Positions 1-9,134 are shown, numbered from the stretch's first letter. The stretch: 64,000 nt of DNA from Actinomycetota bacterium (GCA_016870475.1 VGBO01000004.1:4144-68143); one strand, 5' to 3'. Translations and numbers: made by a program. The notes: a model not told the origin generated them from the sequence alone.

Positions 1-441
1 GAGCGGCGGTGCCGTACGACCGCGCACTGCAGAGGACACCACGCGGTCGTGCCCGGTGCGATGGTGCAGGACCGCCGCTCGACCACCGACCCATGCGTCG
101 ACCTCGGCGGTCGTGGGGAGCCTGCCCTCCGCGAGGTCGGTCTCGTCGATCCCCCAGGCGCGGATCCACCCGTCGCCCGGAGCCGTCCGCAGCAGATCGG
201 CGACGTCCGCGAGACACGACGCCGCCGACAGGTCGATCGACCGTCGGGCGGCAGCCGTCGCGAGCAGGTGCAGGTGGTCGTCCTCGAACGCCGGGAGCAC
301 GACCGCACCCGGGGGGAGCGCCGTCACACCCGGTGCACCGTGCGGGACATCGAGGGCGGCGATCCGTCCCGAACGCAGCACGACCCCGTCCGCCAGTGGG
401 CGGACGGGGTCGAGCGTGCGGACCGTTCCGGCGAGGATCAC
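1..441 (-). CDS. amidohydrolase-family metal-dependent hydrolase, partial (N-terminal part; gene continues past window start)
   Basis: Absent from the ORF track because it has no ATG. My minus-strand translation from GTG 441 reads VILAGTVRTLDPVRPLADGVVLRSGRIAALD...LPAFEDDHLHLL... This matches the usual N-terminus and HxH metal-motif region of amidohydrolases. The frame stays open to coordinate 1 and begins 1 nt after the upstream stop. Confidence 0.6.
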   Translation of the reverse strand, partial: MILAGTVRTLDPVRPLADGVVLRSGRIAALDVPHGAPGVTALPPGAVVLPAFEDDHLHLLATAAARRSIDLSAASCLADVADLLRTAPGDGWIRAWGIDETDLAEGRLPTTAEVDAWVGGRAAVLHHRTGHDRVVSSAVRGRTAPPL

Positions 442-442
442 C

Positions 443-1993
443 TCAGGCGAGGCGCTCCTCCACGAGCGGGAGCAGGTTGCGGCGCACCAGCTTGCCGGTC
501 GAGGTGCGGGGCAGTTCGTCGAACAGCAGGATCTCCTCCGGCCGCTTGAAGCTCGCCAGGTGCTCCCTCGCGTGTGCAGCGATCGAGTCGGTGGCGACAC
601 CCGGGCGCAGCACGACCGCAGCGACGACCCGCTCGCCCCACGTCTCGTCGGGCACGCCGACCACGGCCGCCTCGACCACGTCGGGGTGCTCGTAGAGGAC
701 GGCCTCGACCTCTTCCGGGGCGATGTTCTCGCCACCGCGGATGATCATGTCGCCCGACCGGCCCGACAGGAACAGGTAGTCGTCCTCGTCGAGGTACCCG
801 AGGTCACCCGTGTGCACCCAGCCGGACGTGTCGACGGTGACGCGCGTCTTCTCCGGGTTGCCCCAGTAGCCGTCCATGGCACGGAACGTCTTCAGCCACA
901 CCTCGCCGGGTGTGTCGCGCGGGACCTCGTTGCCCTCGGCGTCGCAGATCATCACCTCGACGTCGTCGAGGACCTTGCCGACCGAACGGAGCCGACGGAG
1001 ACGCCTCTCCTGCTCCTCGGGCGTGCCCTCCCAGAGGCGGTGGTCGTCCGGGTCGAGCACCGAGACGGTCGCCGTGGTCTCCGTCTGGCCGTAGGCCTGC
1101 GAGAACGCCACCGTCCGGGGGAACGCATCGATCGCCCGGCGGATGACCGCCGGCGGCATCGGCGCAGCGCCGTAGGTGACGCCCTCGAGGCTCGACAGGT
1201 CGGCCGACGCGAACGCCGGGTCGTCGAGCAGGCGAGCCATCATCGTCGGCACGAGGAACGCGTGCGTGATGCGCTCCTCGGCGACCTTGCGCAGCCAGTC
1301 GCCCGCCTCGAACTGCCCCAGCATCGCCACGACGCGGCCCGAGTACAGGGCGATCATCGTCGAGGTCAGGCCGGCCACGTGGTACAGCGGGGCGGCGAGC
1401 AGGGTGCGCCCGTGGTCCTCGCCGTCGGCGCACTCGTTCGTGCCCATCACGTACCCGCTGATGGCCCCGTGCTTGAGCATCACGCCCTTGGGCAGGGAGG
1501 TCGTCCCGCTCGTGTACAGCAGGGTGGCCAGTGCGTCGTCGTCGACGTCCTCGACGAGCTCGAACGGCTCGGCGGCGTCGCGTGCAGCCGGGTAGTCGCC
1601 GTCGAAGTACAGCACCGACGTCAGCGACGCCGGACGGGTCGACTCGATGAGGTCGCGGTACCGCGACTCGGCGACGAGCACCTTCGTGCCGGAGTCGGCC
1701 ATGAGGTGCGCCGCCTCGTCCTTCCCGGCCCGGTAGTTCATCGGGACGACGGTGCCGCCGAGGGCGGCGGTGCCGAAGAGCACTTCGAGGAAGGCAGCCC
1801 GGTTCGTGGCCAGGATGCCGACCCGGTCGCCGGCGCCGACGCCGAGTGACTGCAGCAGTCCCGCGGCCTGCGAGACGCCGGCCCGCAGCTCGCCGTAGCT
1901 GACCGGGGTGCCGTCGGAGTCGATGACCGCCGTCTGGTCGAAGCAGATCATCGAGGGGAGGTCGAGGAGCATGGCGATGTTCACGGTCCGCAC
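443..1993 (-). CDS. acyl-CoA ligase / AMP-dependent synthetase (FadD-like)
   Basis: 516-aa ORF with AMP-binding motifs (LLYTSGTTSLPKGVMLKH; GWVHTGDLGYLDEDDYLFLSGRSGDMIIRGGENI; PRTSTGKLVRR). The start may be GTG 1993 or ATG 1972. Confidence 0.9.
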   Translation of the reverse strand: MRTVNIAMLLDLPSMICFDQTAVIDSDGTPVSYGELRAGVSQAAGLLQSLGVGAGDRVGILATNRAAFLEVLFGTAALGGTVVPMNYRAGKDEAAHLMADSGTKVLVAESRYRDLIESTRPASLTSVLYFDGDYPAARDAAEPFELVEDVDDDALATLLYTSGTTSLPKGVMLKHGAISGYVMGTNECADGEDHGRTLLAAPLYHVAGLTSTMIALYSGRVVAMLGQFEAGDWLRKVAEERITHAFLVPTMMARLLDDPAFASADLSSLEGVTYGAAPMPPAVIRRAIDAFPRTVAFSQAYGQTETTATVSVLDPDDHRLWEGTPEEQERRLRRLRSVGKVLDDVEVMICDAEGNEVPRDTPGEVWLKTFRAMDGYWGNPEKTRVTVDTSGWVHTGDLGYLDEDDYLFLSGRSGDMIIRGGENIAPEEVEAVLYEHPDVVEAAVVGVPDETWGERVVAAVVLRPGVATDSIAAHAREHLASFKRPEEILLFDELPRTSTGKLVRRNLLPLVEERLA

Positions 1994-2005
1994 GATAACG
2001 CGGAC

Positions 2006-2042
2006 GTGACGTCCGTCTCTTCTCGTCTGCGACGGACGTCAC
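2006..2042. repeat. perfect 12-bp inverted repeat (GTGACGTCCGTC-N13-GACGGACGTCAC) in the CoA-transferase/ligase intergenic gap
   Basis: Read directly. Arms are at 2006-2017 and 2031-2042, and the right arm covers the stop codon (2039-2041) of the upstream gene. It could be an RNA hairpin or a dimeric regulator site. Confidence 0.4.
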
Positions 2043-4513
2043 CCGGTGATCTCGACGACCCCCTCGGCGAGCAGCATCGCCACCTCGTCCGGATCCATCC
2101 CCAGCACGTCGACGAGCACCGCGAAACTGTCCTCGCCAAGGCACGGACCGGCCTTGGTGAGCGCACCCGGGGTCCGGGAGAGCAACGCCGCCGTTCCGTC
2201 GTAGGGAACGGTCCCCTGCACCGAGTGCTGCAGCGGCACCCAGTAGCCCCGCGACCGGATCTGCGGGTCGGTGTGCAGGTCGGGGACGTCGAGCACGGGC
2301 CCGCACGGGACCGTCGGTTGCAGGCGACCGAGCACCTCGTCGAGGTCGAGCGAGCCGGTCCATGCGGCGATCGCCTCGTCGAGACGGTCCTCGGCCGCCT
2401 TGCGGCCGGCGAGGGTGGCGAGTGCGGGGTCCTGCGCCCACGGCGGGTCGCCGAGCGCGGTCCGCAGGGCCGGCCACTGCTCGTCCGTCGTCACCGCGAC
2501 CGCCACCCAGCACTCCCGCCCGTCGGAGCGGGGCCGACACGGGTACACGCCGTGGGGTGCGGCGTCGTCGTCGCGGTTGCCGTGTCGGGCGGCGATCTCA
2601 CCGCTGTGCTCGAAGGCGAGCAGTTCCGGTCCGAGGAACTGCAGCGCCGCCTCGAACTGGGCGAGATCGAGGTGCTGCCCCTCACCCGTGCGACGACGGT
2701 GGTCGAGGGCGGCGACGACCGCGGCGGTGCAGTACCGCTGGCAGATGAAGTCGGTGTAGGCGCCGTAGACACTCACCGGGTCCCGATCGGGCCAGCCGAT
2801 GACGTGGTAGAAGCCCGACAGCGAACCCATGAGGTTGCCGAAGCCCCGGTAGTCGGCCCGGGGGCCGGTCTGGCCCTGCATGCAGGTCGACAGCATGACG
2901 ATGGACGGGTTCCGGGCCGACAGCGCCGCGTAGTCGAGCCCCCACGCCCGCAGCGTCTTGGGTGTGAAGGACTCGAGCACCACGTCGGCCCAGTCGACGA
3001 GCCGGAGCACGATCTCCCGGGCCTCGGGCCGACCGAGGTCGAGGCCGAGGCCGAGCTTGCCGGCGTTCATGTTGGCGCAGAAGTGGCTCGTGTTGAGCCC
3101 AGGCTCACCGCCGAGGAAGGGCGGCGTGAGGCGCAGGATGTCCGGCCGGACCGACGACTCGACCTTGATCACCGTCGCCCCGTGCGCGGCGAGGTAGCCC
3201 CCCGTCATGGGCCCGACGCCGACCCAGGACAGGTCGAGGACCCGCAGCCCGGCGAACGCGTCGTCGGCGACCTCGGACCCGACCGGCGCGGGCACACGCC
3301 GCTCCGCAGCGAGCACCTCCTCGCTGTGCTCACCCACCCGCGGCGCCCGTCCGGTGTCGGCGAGCGGGGTCCGGGTGGGCAGCACCCAGCGGCCGGCGTG
3401 GTGGATCGTCGTGCCGTCGTGGTCGACCGGGGTGAAGTACCCGCGGGCGGCGAGCTGCTCGTCGGCGCGCAGGTCGGCCATCGTCGTCACCGGGGCGATG
3501 AGCATCAGCCGTTCGAGCGCGACCTCGTAGATCTCCGCCTTCGTGTGCCGGGCGAACAGGCGCCCGATCGTGTCGGAGATCCCGTCGAAGAACCGCTTCG
3601 CGATCTCCGGACCCTGCGCGTCGATCGCGGCGAAGTTCACGGTCTCGAAGTCGGTGGTGATCACCTCGGGGTCGGCGACCCCCTCGCGGTCGGCCCAGTC
3701 GAACAGGTACCGCATCATCGCCCCGCCGATCGGCCCGCCGAGGGGGAGGATCGTGAGGTGGCCGTCGATGCACGGGGTCACCATGCGGAACCTGGCGTGG
3801 CTGTACGCGCCGAGCCCGCCCATCCGCCCGAGCTCGCGTCCCTCGAGCAGGTGGAACGCCTGCGCGTTCATCAGCGTGCGGATGCCGGCGAGCTGCGCCG
3901 ACACGTCGACGTGCTGGCCGACACCCGTCCGGTTCGCATGGAGCAGGGCGATCAGCGACTGGGCGGCCGCCTCTGCGGATGCGTGGCGGTAGAGCTGCGG
4001 CACCGAGATGCGCACGGGCGCACGGTCCGGGTCGCCGCACAGCCACATCAGCCCGCACATCGCGGCGACCACGAGATCGGGGCCGTCGAGGCCGGCCTCG
4101 GCGTAGGGGCCGGTCCGACCGAACGGGGTGATCGACGTGACGACGAGCCGCGGGTTCGCGGCGAGCAGCACGTCCGGTCCGATGCCACGGGCCTCGAGCC
4201 AGCCCGGCGGGAACGACTCGAGCACCACCTCCGCACCGCGCACGAGCTCGAGCAGGCGGTCACGGTCGGCGGCGTCGTCGAGGTCGAGCACGACCGAGCG
4301 CTTGCCCCGGTTCTGGAACGACCAGGTGGCGTTCGCCTCGGGGTCACGGACCCCGCGATCGAGGAACAGGTTCCGGGAACGACCCGGATCACCGCCGGGG
4401 GGTTCGACCTTGACGACGTCGGCACCGAGGTCCGCGAGGATCTTCCCCGCGAGCCATCCGCGGTCCGTCGTCAGGTCGATGACCCGGTACGGGTGCAGCG
4501 CCGTCGTCGCCAT
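2039..4513 (-). CDS. family III (CaiB/BaiF) CoA-transferase, tandem two-module fusion
   Basis: 824-aa ORF with two consecutive modules. Each opens with the family N-terminus: YRVIDLTTDRGWLAGKILADLGADVVKVEPPGGDPGR and LRVLDLSWVGVGPMTGGYLAAHGATVIKVESSVRPD. Confidence 0.85.
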   Translation of the reverse strand: MATTALHPYRVIDLTTDRGWLAGKILADLGADVVKVEPPGGDPGRSRNLFLDRGVRDPEANATWSFQNRGKRSVVLDLDDAADRDRLLELVRGAEVVLESFPPGWLEARGIGPDVLLAANPRLVVTSITPFGRTGPYAEAGLDGPDLVVAAMCGLMWLCGDPDRAPVRISVPQLYRHASAEAAAQSLIALLHANRTGVGQHVDVSAQLAGIRTLMNAQAFHLLEGRELGRMGGLGAYSHARFRMVTPCIDGHLTILPLGGPIGGAMMRYLFDWADREGVADPEVITTDFETVNFAAIDAQGPEIAKRFFDGISDTIGRLFARHTKAEIYEVALERLMLIAPVTTMADLRADEQLAARGYFTPVDHDGTTIHHAGRWVLPTRTPLADTGRAPRVGEHSEEVLAAERRVPAPVGSEVADDAFAGLRVLDLSWVGVGPMTGGYLAAHGATVIKVESSVRPDILRLTPPFLGGEPGLNTSHFCANMNAGKLGLGLDLGRPEAREIVLRLVDWADVVLESFTPKTLRAWGLDYAALSARNPSIVMLSTCMQGQTGPRADYRGFGNLMGSLSGFYHVIGWPDRDPVSVYGAYTDFICQRYCTAAVVAALDHRRRTGEGQHLDLAQFEAALQFLGPELLAFEHSGEIAARHGNRDDDAAPHGVYPCRPRSDGRECWVAVAVTTDEQWPALRTALGDPPWAQDPALATLAGRKAAEDRLDEAIAAWTGSLDLDEVLGRLQPTVPCGPVLDVPDLHTDPQIRSRGYWVPLQHSVQGTVPYDGTAALLSRTPGALTKAGPCLGEDSFAVLVDVLGMDPDEVAMLLAEGVVEITG

Positions 4514-4542
4514 CGGGAACCCCCTGCCCCTCGGCCGTCTGC

Positions 4543-5247
4543 TCAGTCGCGTCGAAGCATCGCACGCGCGAGGCGTGCTTCGACGACCAAACCCGCGTCG
4601 AGGGGGAGGTCGCCGGCGCTGCGCAACGCCCGCTTCGCCGCCCGGAGCGCTGCGGGGTCACAGGCCGCCCACCGGCGGGCGACGTCGAGCGCGGCGGACT
4701 CCACGTCGTCGACGACGGCGTGCACGATGCCGACGCGGAGCGCCTCGGCGGCATCGAGGTTGCGGGCGGTCGCCACGATCGGCAGCGCCGCCGCTGGTCC
4801 GACGACCTTGGTGAGGCTCTGCGTTCCACCGGCAGCGGGGAGCATGCCGAGCTTCGTCTCCGGCAGGCCGACGACGGTGTCGGGGGCGGCGAGTCGGACG
4901 TCGCACAGCAAGGCCATCTCGAGACCGGCGGCGAGGGAGTAGCCGTGCAGGGCGACGACGACGGGTACGGGAAGGTCCCACAGCGGACCCCACGGGTCGC
5001 GGTCCCAGCGGATGCGCCGCGCCTCGAAGACGCTGTCGGCCGACCCGAACTCGGTGAGGTCCGCCCCGGCGGAGAAGTGCCGCCCGTTCGCCCGGAGCAC
5101 CATCGCCCGGGCATGCGGGAGGTCCCGCACCGCGAGGAACGCCTCGATGAGCGCGTCGCGCAGCGCGACGGTGACGGTGTTGAGCCGATCGGGCCGGTCG
5201 AGGGCGACGACCACGACCCCGGCGTCGTCGACGTCGAAGGTCAGCAC
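4543..5247 (-). CDS. enoyl-CoA hydratase/isomerase family protein
   Basis: Crotonase signature (VVVVALDRPDRLNTVT; MVLRANGRHFSAGADL; VVVALHGYSLAAGLEMALLCD). I place the start at in-frame GTG 5247 (VLTFDVDD), which overlaps the upstream stop (GTGCTGA). The track extension to 5400 is Arg/Gly-rich and unlikely. Confidence 0.8.
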   Translation of the reverse strand: MLTFDVDDAGVVVVALDRPDRLNTVTVALRDALIEAFLAVRDLPHARAMVLRANGRHFSAGADLTEFGSADSVFEARRIRWDRDPWGPLWDLPVPVVVALHGYSLAAGLEMALLCDVRLAAPDTVVGLPETKLGMLPAAGGTQSLTKVVGPAAALPIVATARNLDAAEALRVGIVHAVVDDVESAALDVARRWAACDPAALRAAKRALRSAGDLPLDAGLVVEARLARAMLRRD

Positions 5248-6665
5248 GGGGCCACCGTCGGCACGGTCACCGGGGCGTCGAACCACGAATCGTCCCACGA
5301 GGTCGCCGCGGCGCCGTACGGCTCCCTCGGTGCCGTCGGCAGCGCGGCGAGCAGTTCGACCGCGCCACGCAGGCTGACCTCGAGGTGCGCGGGCGACCAA
5401 CCGTGCTCCCGGCCGACCACCGCTGCGACCGTCGTGGCGAAGGCGAGCGCGCCGGCGAGCGGGTCCGGCCAGGCGAACGGTGCGGCACGCAGTCGGCCGT
5501 CACCCCGGTCGCCGAACCCGGCGATCGCGTGGATCCCGCCGCCATAGGCGACCCAGTCCCGCTCAGGTGCCCCGATGGGGAACGCCGGCATCGACACGGT
5601 CACGAGGTCGGGTCGCAGCCGCCGCAACGCCGCCGGGTCGATGCCGAGGTTCTCCGCCACCCGTGGCGAGAAGTTGTCGAGGACGACGTCGGCGCGGGCG
5701 ACGGCCTCCTCGAAGCGGGCCCGGTCGGCAGGGACCCGGAGGTCCCAGTCGGCGACGGTCTTGCGGCGGTGCAGAAGGGAGAAGTGGGTGCCGTCGCCGG
5801 TGCCGTCGCCGGGCCCGGCCCGCATCCCGTCGCGGCGACACGCCGGTTCGACCTTCGTGACCGTCGCGCCGAGCTCGGCGAGGAGCCACGAACAGAACGG
5901 TCCGCCCCACAGCACGGTCAGGTCGACGACGTCGATCCCGGCGAGCGGGGCCTCGCGGCACCGGTCCGGGGCGCGCCACGCCCTCGGGCCGCTCGCCGGC
6001 CACGAGCCGGCGCGGATCCCGCCGACCGGGTCGGGAGCGGCGTCGTCGACGGCGTCGCGCCAGCGTCGGAACGGGGTCACCGGGAGCCGCCACTCCTGGG
6101 CGCGGCGGGCGACCTCATCGGCGTCGAGCGGCGCCGTCCCGTCCGCCTTGAGCAGGTCGACGAGCCGGTCGAAGTCGTCGTGGTCGTCCACCGTGCCGTC
6201 GACGAGCACGGCGCCGTCGCCGACCGGGACGACCCGGGTGGTCGGTGCGACCCCACCGTGGAGGAGCCGGGGTGCGAGCGTGTGCGCAGCGACCCGGGCG
6301 GCGTCGACCCGCACGGCCGCGCCGGCCCGGTGTCCGGCGAGCGCCGCACCGACGAGCACGGCCCCGGTGACGGCATCGCAGACACCGGCGGGCAGATCGG
6401 CGGGGGGGATCGGGCCTGGGGCCTCGACCAGCTCCGCACCCGGAACGCCGGGCCGACCGCCGCCGCCGGGCCCTCGCACCACGAGGTCACCCGCGCGCCG
6501 GGCCACCCGGGCGCCGACGCAGCCGGACGGCGGGTCGGGAGCGGACGCGCCGAAGGTCTCGAACAGCGACCGGGCGGCGACGAGGGACGGTCGATGGCCC
6601 GCCACCGCCACCCGGGCGCCCTCGAGCGGCGGTCCGCGGTGCCCGGTGGTCGTCACCGACGGCAC
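5241..6665 (-). CDS. family III CoA-transferase-like protein with divergent N-terminal half
   Basis: The C-terminal half is a clear CaiB/BaiF module (LAGIDVVDLTVLWGGPFCSWLLAELGATVTKVEP; DVVLDNFSPRVAENLGIDPAALRRLRPDLVTVSMPAF). The N-terminal ~250 aa are only weakly CaiB-like. The start is uncertain (GTG 6665 or 6656; ATG 6719 would overlap the upstream gene). Confidence 0.7.
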   Translation of the reverse strand: MPSVTTTGHRGPPLEGARVAVAGHRPSLVAARSLFETFGASAPDPPSGCVGARVARRAGDLVVRGPGGGGRPGVPGAELVEAPGPIPPADLPAGVCDAVTGAVLVGAALAGHRAGAAVRVDAARVAAHTLAPRLLHGGVAPTTRVVPVGDGAVLVDGTVDDHDDFDRLVDLLKADGTAPLDADEVARRAQEWRLPVTPFRRWRDAVDDAAPDPVGGIRAGSWPASGPRAWRAPDRCREAPLAGIDVVDLTVLWGGPFCSWLLAELGATVTKVEPACRRDGMRAGPGDGTGDGTHFSLLHRRKTVADWDLRVPADRARFEEAVARADVVLDNFSPRVAENLGIDPAALRRLRPDLVTVSMPAFPIGAPERDWVAYGGGIHAIAGFGDRGDGRLRAAPFAWPDPLAGALAFATTVAAVVGREHGWSPAHLEVSLRGAVELLAALPTAPREPYGAAATSWDDSWFDAPVTVPTVAPC

Positions 6666-6672
6666 GGCCGCC

Positions 6673-7410
6673 TCACCGACCGGCGAAGTCGGCGGGGCGC
6701 TTGGCGAAGAACGCCGCAAGCCCTTCCGCCCGGTCGGCGGAGGTGGCGAGCAGCGTGTTCAGGTCGCCTTCGAGCCGTAGCCCGTCACGGAGCGGCAGCT
6801 CCGCCCCCCGGTGGACGGCGTCCTTCGCGAACTCGAGCGCGAGCGGGCCGATCGTCGTGAGCCCGGCGACGATCTCTCCGGTCGCCGTGTCGACGTCGTC
6901 GGCGATCGCCGAGCAGAACCCGCAGGCGACCGCGTCCCCGGCGGTGAGCGGCGTGCCGAGGAGCAGCATCGCCGTCGCCCGGGCGGTACCGACCGCCCGG
7001 GGCAGTCGCTGGGTGCCGCCCCAACAGGGCAGCCGACCGCCCTCGACGACGTCGTCGAGGACGAAGGTGGTGTCGGGTGCGACGACCCGGACGTCGGCCG
7101 CGAGGACGAGCTCGAGACCCACCGACGCGCACCGACCGCGCACCGCCGCGACGACCGGCACCCGGAGGCGGGCGAGCGACGCTGCGGGGTCGACGCCGAG
7201 AGCGACCGGGTCGAGGTCGTCCGCCGCACCGGTGCAGAAGTCGGGTCCGCCCCGGAGCACGACCACCCGGACCGTCCGGTCCTCGACGAGCGCGTCGACG
7301 ACGCCCGCGACTGCGGACGCCGTCGCTGCGGTCAAGGGCCCGTCCGGCAGGGTGATCGTCCGGACCGTGCCGTCGGCCGCCGCCTCGACGATGCCAGGGC
7401 GTGGCGTCAC
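6673..7410 (-). CDS. enoyl-CoA hydratase/isomerase family protein
   Basis: 245-aa ORF that is crotonase-like (VRVVVLRGGPDFCTGAADD; VPVVAAVRGRCASVGLELVLAADVRVV; C-terminal FFAKRPADFAGR). Confidence 0.8.
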   Translation of the reverse strand: MTPRPGIVEAAADGTVRTITLPDGPLTAATASAVAGVVDALVEDRTVRVVVLRGGPDFCTGAADDLDPVALGVDPAASLARLRVPVVAAVRGRCASVGLELVLAADVRVVAPDTTFVLDDVVEGGRLPCWGGTQRLPRAVGTARATAMLLLGTPLTAGDAVACGFCSAIADDVDTATGEIVAGLTTIGPLALEFAKDAVHRGAELPLRDGLRLEGDLNTLLATSADRAEGLAAFFAKRPADFAGR

Positions 7411-7424
7411 GACGGCTCGGGTGA

Positions 7425-7673
7425 TCAGTCCGCGGACTTGGTCTGCTTCGGCTGGACCTGCGCCATCTCGGCGCCGCCGACCGTCAGGCAGCCCGCCCCG
7501 GCCTTGGTGACGAGCACCTCTATACCCGACGCCTCGTCGGTGTACCGCTTGCCGACCTGCAACTGGCCGGCGCCCGCCGCGTCGTACTCGATGGTGGCGT
7601 CGCCACCCTTGGTGACCACCACTTCTGCGGTCCCGGTCTCGAACTTCAAGCGCTCACCGGCCTTGGTCGGCAT
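7425..7673 (-). CDS. small (82 aa) protein with internal tandem repeat; function unknown
   Basis: The ORF is preceded by a strong SD (GAAGGAGG about 7 nt before ATG 7673). Two similar halves are visible: GERLKFETGTAEVVVTKGGDA and GKRYTDEASGIEVLVTKAGAG. Confidence 0.6.
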   Translation of the reverse strand: MPTKAGERLKFETGTAEVVVTKGGDATIEYDAAGAGQLQVGKRYTDEASGIEVLVTKAGAGCLTVGGAEMAQVQPKQTKSAD

Positions 7674-7803
7674 CAGTGACCTCCTTCACATGGCAGCAGA
7701 TGGAGCGACTGTACCGCGGCTCGTCCGTCGGACCGACAACCGACGCTGCGCCTACGATGCGCGGCACGGCCGGACGGCCGGGTTGCGGACCGGGGAGCGG
7801 GAC

Positions 7804-8610
7804 ATGGCGGGCGGCGGCTACGAGGAGATCGACTACCGGATCGAGGGCAACGTGGCGATCGTCACGATCGACCGGCCCGAGGCGCGCAACGCCCTCACCT
7901 GGACCACCTACGCCGAACTCGAGGACGCCGTCCGCACGAGCGGCACCGGCGACCGCTCCGAGGTCCGCTGCCTCGTGATCACCGGGAACGGGACGGCGTT
8001 CTGCTCCGGCGACGACGTGAAGCAGGTGATGGGCGGCGGCGACCGCCCGCCGGTGTCGGTCAGCGGACCGCGCGTCCCCCGGCTCACCCCCGCGGCGGAC
8101 GCGCTGTTGCACACCGACCTGCCGATCGTCGCCGCGGTGAACGGCGCCGCGGTCGGCTGGGGGATGGAGCTCGCGCTCATGTGCGACCTGCGCGTCGCGT
8201 CGGAGCGGGCGAAGTTCGGTGAGTTGTTCGTGCTCCGTGGGTTGTGCACCGACGTGCCGGGGATCGGGCGGCTCGCTGCGGTCGTCGGCCGGGAGAAGGC
8301 GGCCGAGCTGGCGTTCACCGGCGCGATCGTCGACGCCGAGGAGGCAGCACGCATCGGCCTCGTCGGACGGGTCGTGCCCCACGACGACCTGCTGCCGACG
8401 GCGCTCGAACTCGCGGGAAGGATCGCCGCCAACCCGCCGCTCGCCGTGCAGGCCATCAAGCGGGGCATGCGCAAGGCGCTCGACCCGGACTGGGACGACC
8501 TCGGCGAGTGGGTGTCGTCGACGCTCGGCCGCCTCTTCCTCACCGAGGACCACCGCGAGGGAGTGAAGTCGTTCCTCGAGAAGCGCCCCGCCCGCTACAC
8601 GGGCCGCTAG
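7804..8610 (+). CDS. enoyl-CoA hydratase/isomerase family protein
   Basis: ATG 7804 gives MAGGGYEEIDYRIEGNVAIVTIDRPEARNALT...ITGNGTAFCSGDD...AAVNGAAVGWGMELALMCDLRVA...FLEKRPARYTGR. The upstream part of the 599-aa track ORF is shadow sequence. Confidence 0.85.
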   Translation: MAGGGYEEIDYRIEGNVAIVTIDRPEARNALTWTTYAELEDAVRTSGTGDRSEVRCLVITGNGTAFCSGDDVKQVMGGGDRPPVSVSGPRVPRLTPAADALLHTDLPIVAAVNGAAVGWGMELALMCDLRVASERAKFGELFVLRGLCTDVPGIGRLAAVVGREKAAELAFTGAIVDAEEAARIGLVGRVVPHDDLLPTALELAGRIAANPPLAVQAIKRGMRKALDPDWDDLGEWVSSTLGRLFLTEDHREGVKSFLEKRPARYTGR

Positions 8611-8645
8611 CGAGCGGCCTCCACGAGCAGGACGTCGCGGGCCGG

Positions 8646-8651
8646 TAGCCT
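8646..8651 (+). promoter_or_regulatory. -10-like TAGCCT, 10 nt upstream of the GtrA ATG
   Basis: Read directly. It belongs to the recurrent TAnnnT-start codon pattern, but the spacing is longer than in the others. Confidence 0.3.
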
Positions 8652-8661
8652 TGATCTCCAC

Positions 8662-9105
8662 ATGTCTGCCCTCCCGCCGCTGCGGCTCCTGTTGCGCTCC
8701 GAGAGCGGCCGACGCTTCTTCCGCTACTGCGTCGTGTCCGGGTGGAACGTCGTGTTCGGACAGATCCTCCTGTTCGGCGTGCACCTGTGGGTCGAACGAC
8801 CAGGCGCGGCGAACGTGATCGCCGTGGTCGCCGGTCTCGGCCCCGCCTACCTCGTGAGCCGTCGATTCGTGTGGGAAGCGACCGGCAGCCACAGCGTGAC
8901 GGGCGAGATGCTCCCGTTCCTCGGGCTCACGGTGCTCGGCACCATCACCTCGACGGTCGCCGTCGAGATCGCCGGCGCGGTCACCGACGTCCGGATCGCG
9001 GTGAACCTCGCGAGCCTCTCGGCGTGGTTCGGTGTGTGGGTGGTCAAGTACGTGCTCCTCGACCGGATCATCTACCGGCGGCGCAACGCACTCGTCGCCC
9101 ACTGA
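8662..9105 (+). CDS. GtrA-family membrane protein
   Basis: 147-aa hydrophobic ORF with a GtrA-like pattern (RFFRYCVVSGWNVVFGQILLF ... VVKYVLLDRIIY). Confidence 0.75.
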   Translation: MSALPPLRLLLRSESGRRFFRYCVVSGWNVVFGQILLFGVHLWVERPGAANVIAVVAGLGPAYLVSRRFVWEATGSHSVTGEMLPFLGLTVLGTITSTVAVEIAGAVTDVRIAVNLASLSAWFGVWVVKYVLLDRIIYRRRNALVAH

Positions 9106-9134
9106 GGGCGACCGCTCCGGTCGCTGCGATCCGC

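Noticed and set aside
56-1849. Long (597 aa) plus-strand ORF, and the similar 804..2540 minus-strand ORF, overlapping the acyl-CoA ligase
   Set aside because: The composition is Arg/Pro/Gly/Ala-dominated with no recognisable motifs. Both lie antisense to or out of frame with a gene that has clear AMP-binding motifs. They are typical GC-rich shadow ORFs.
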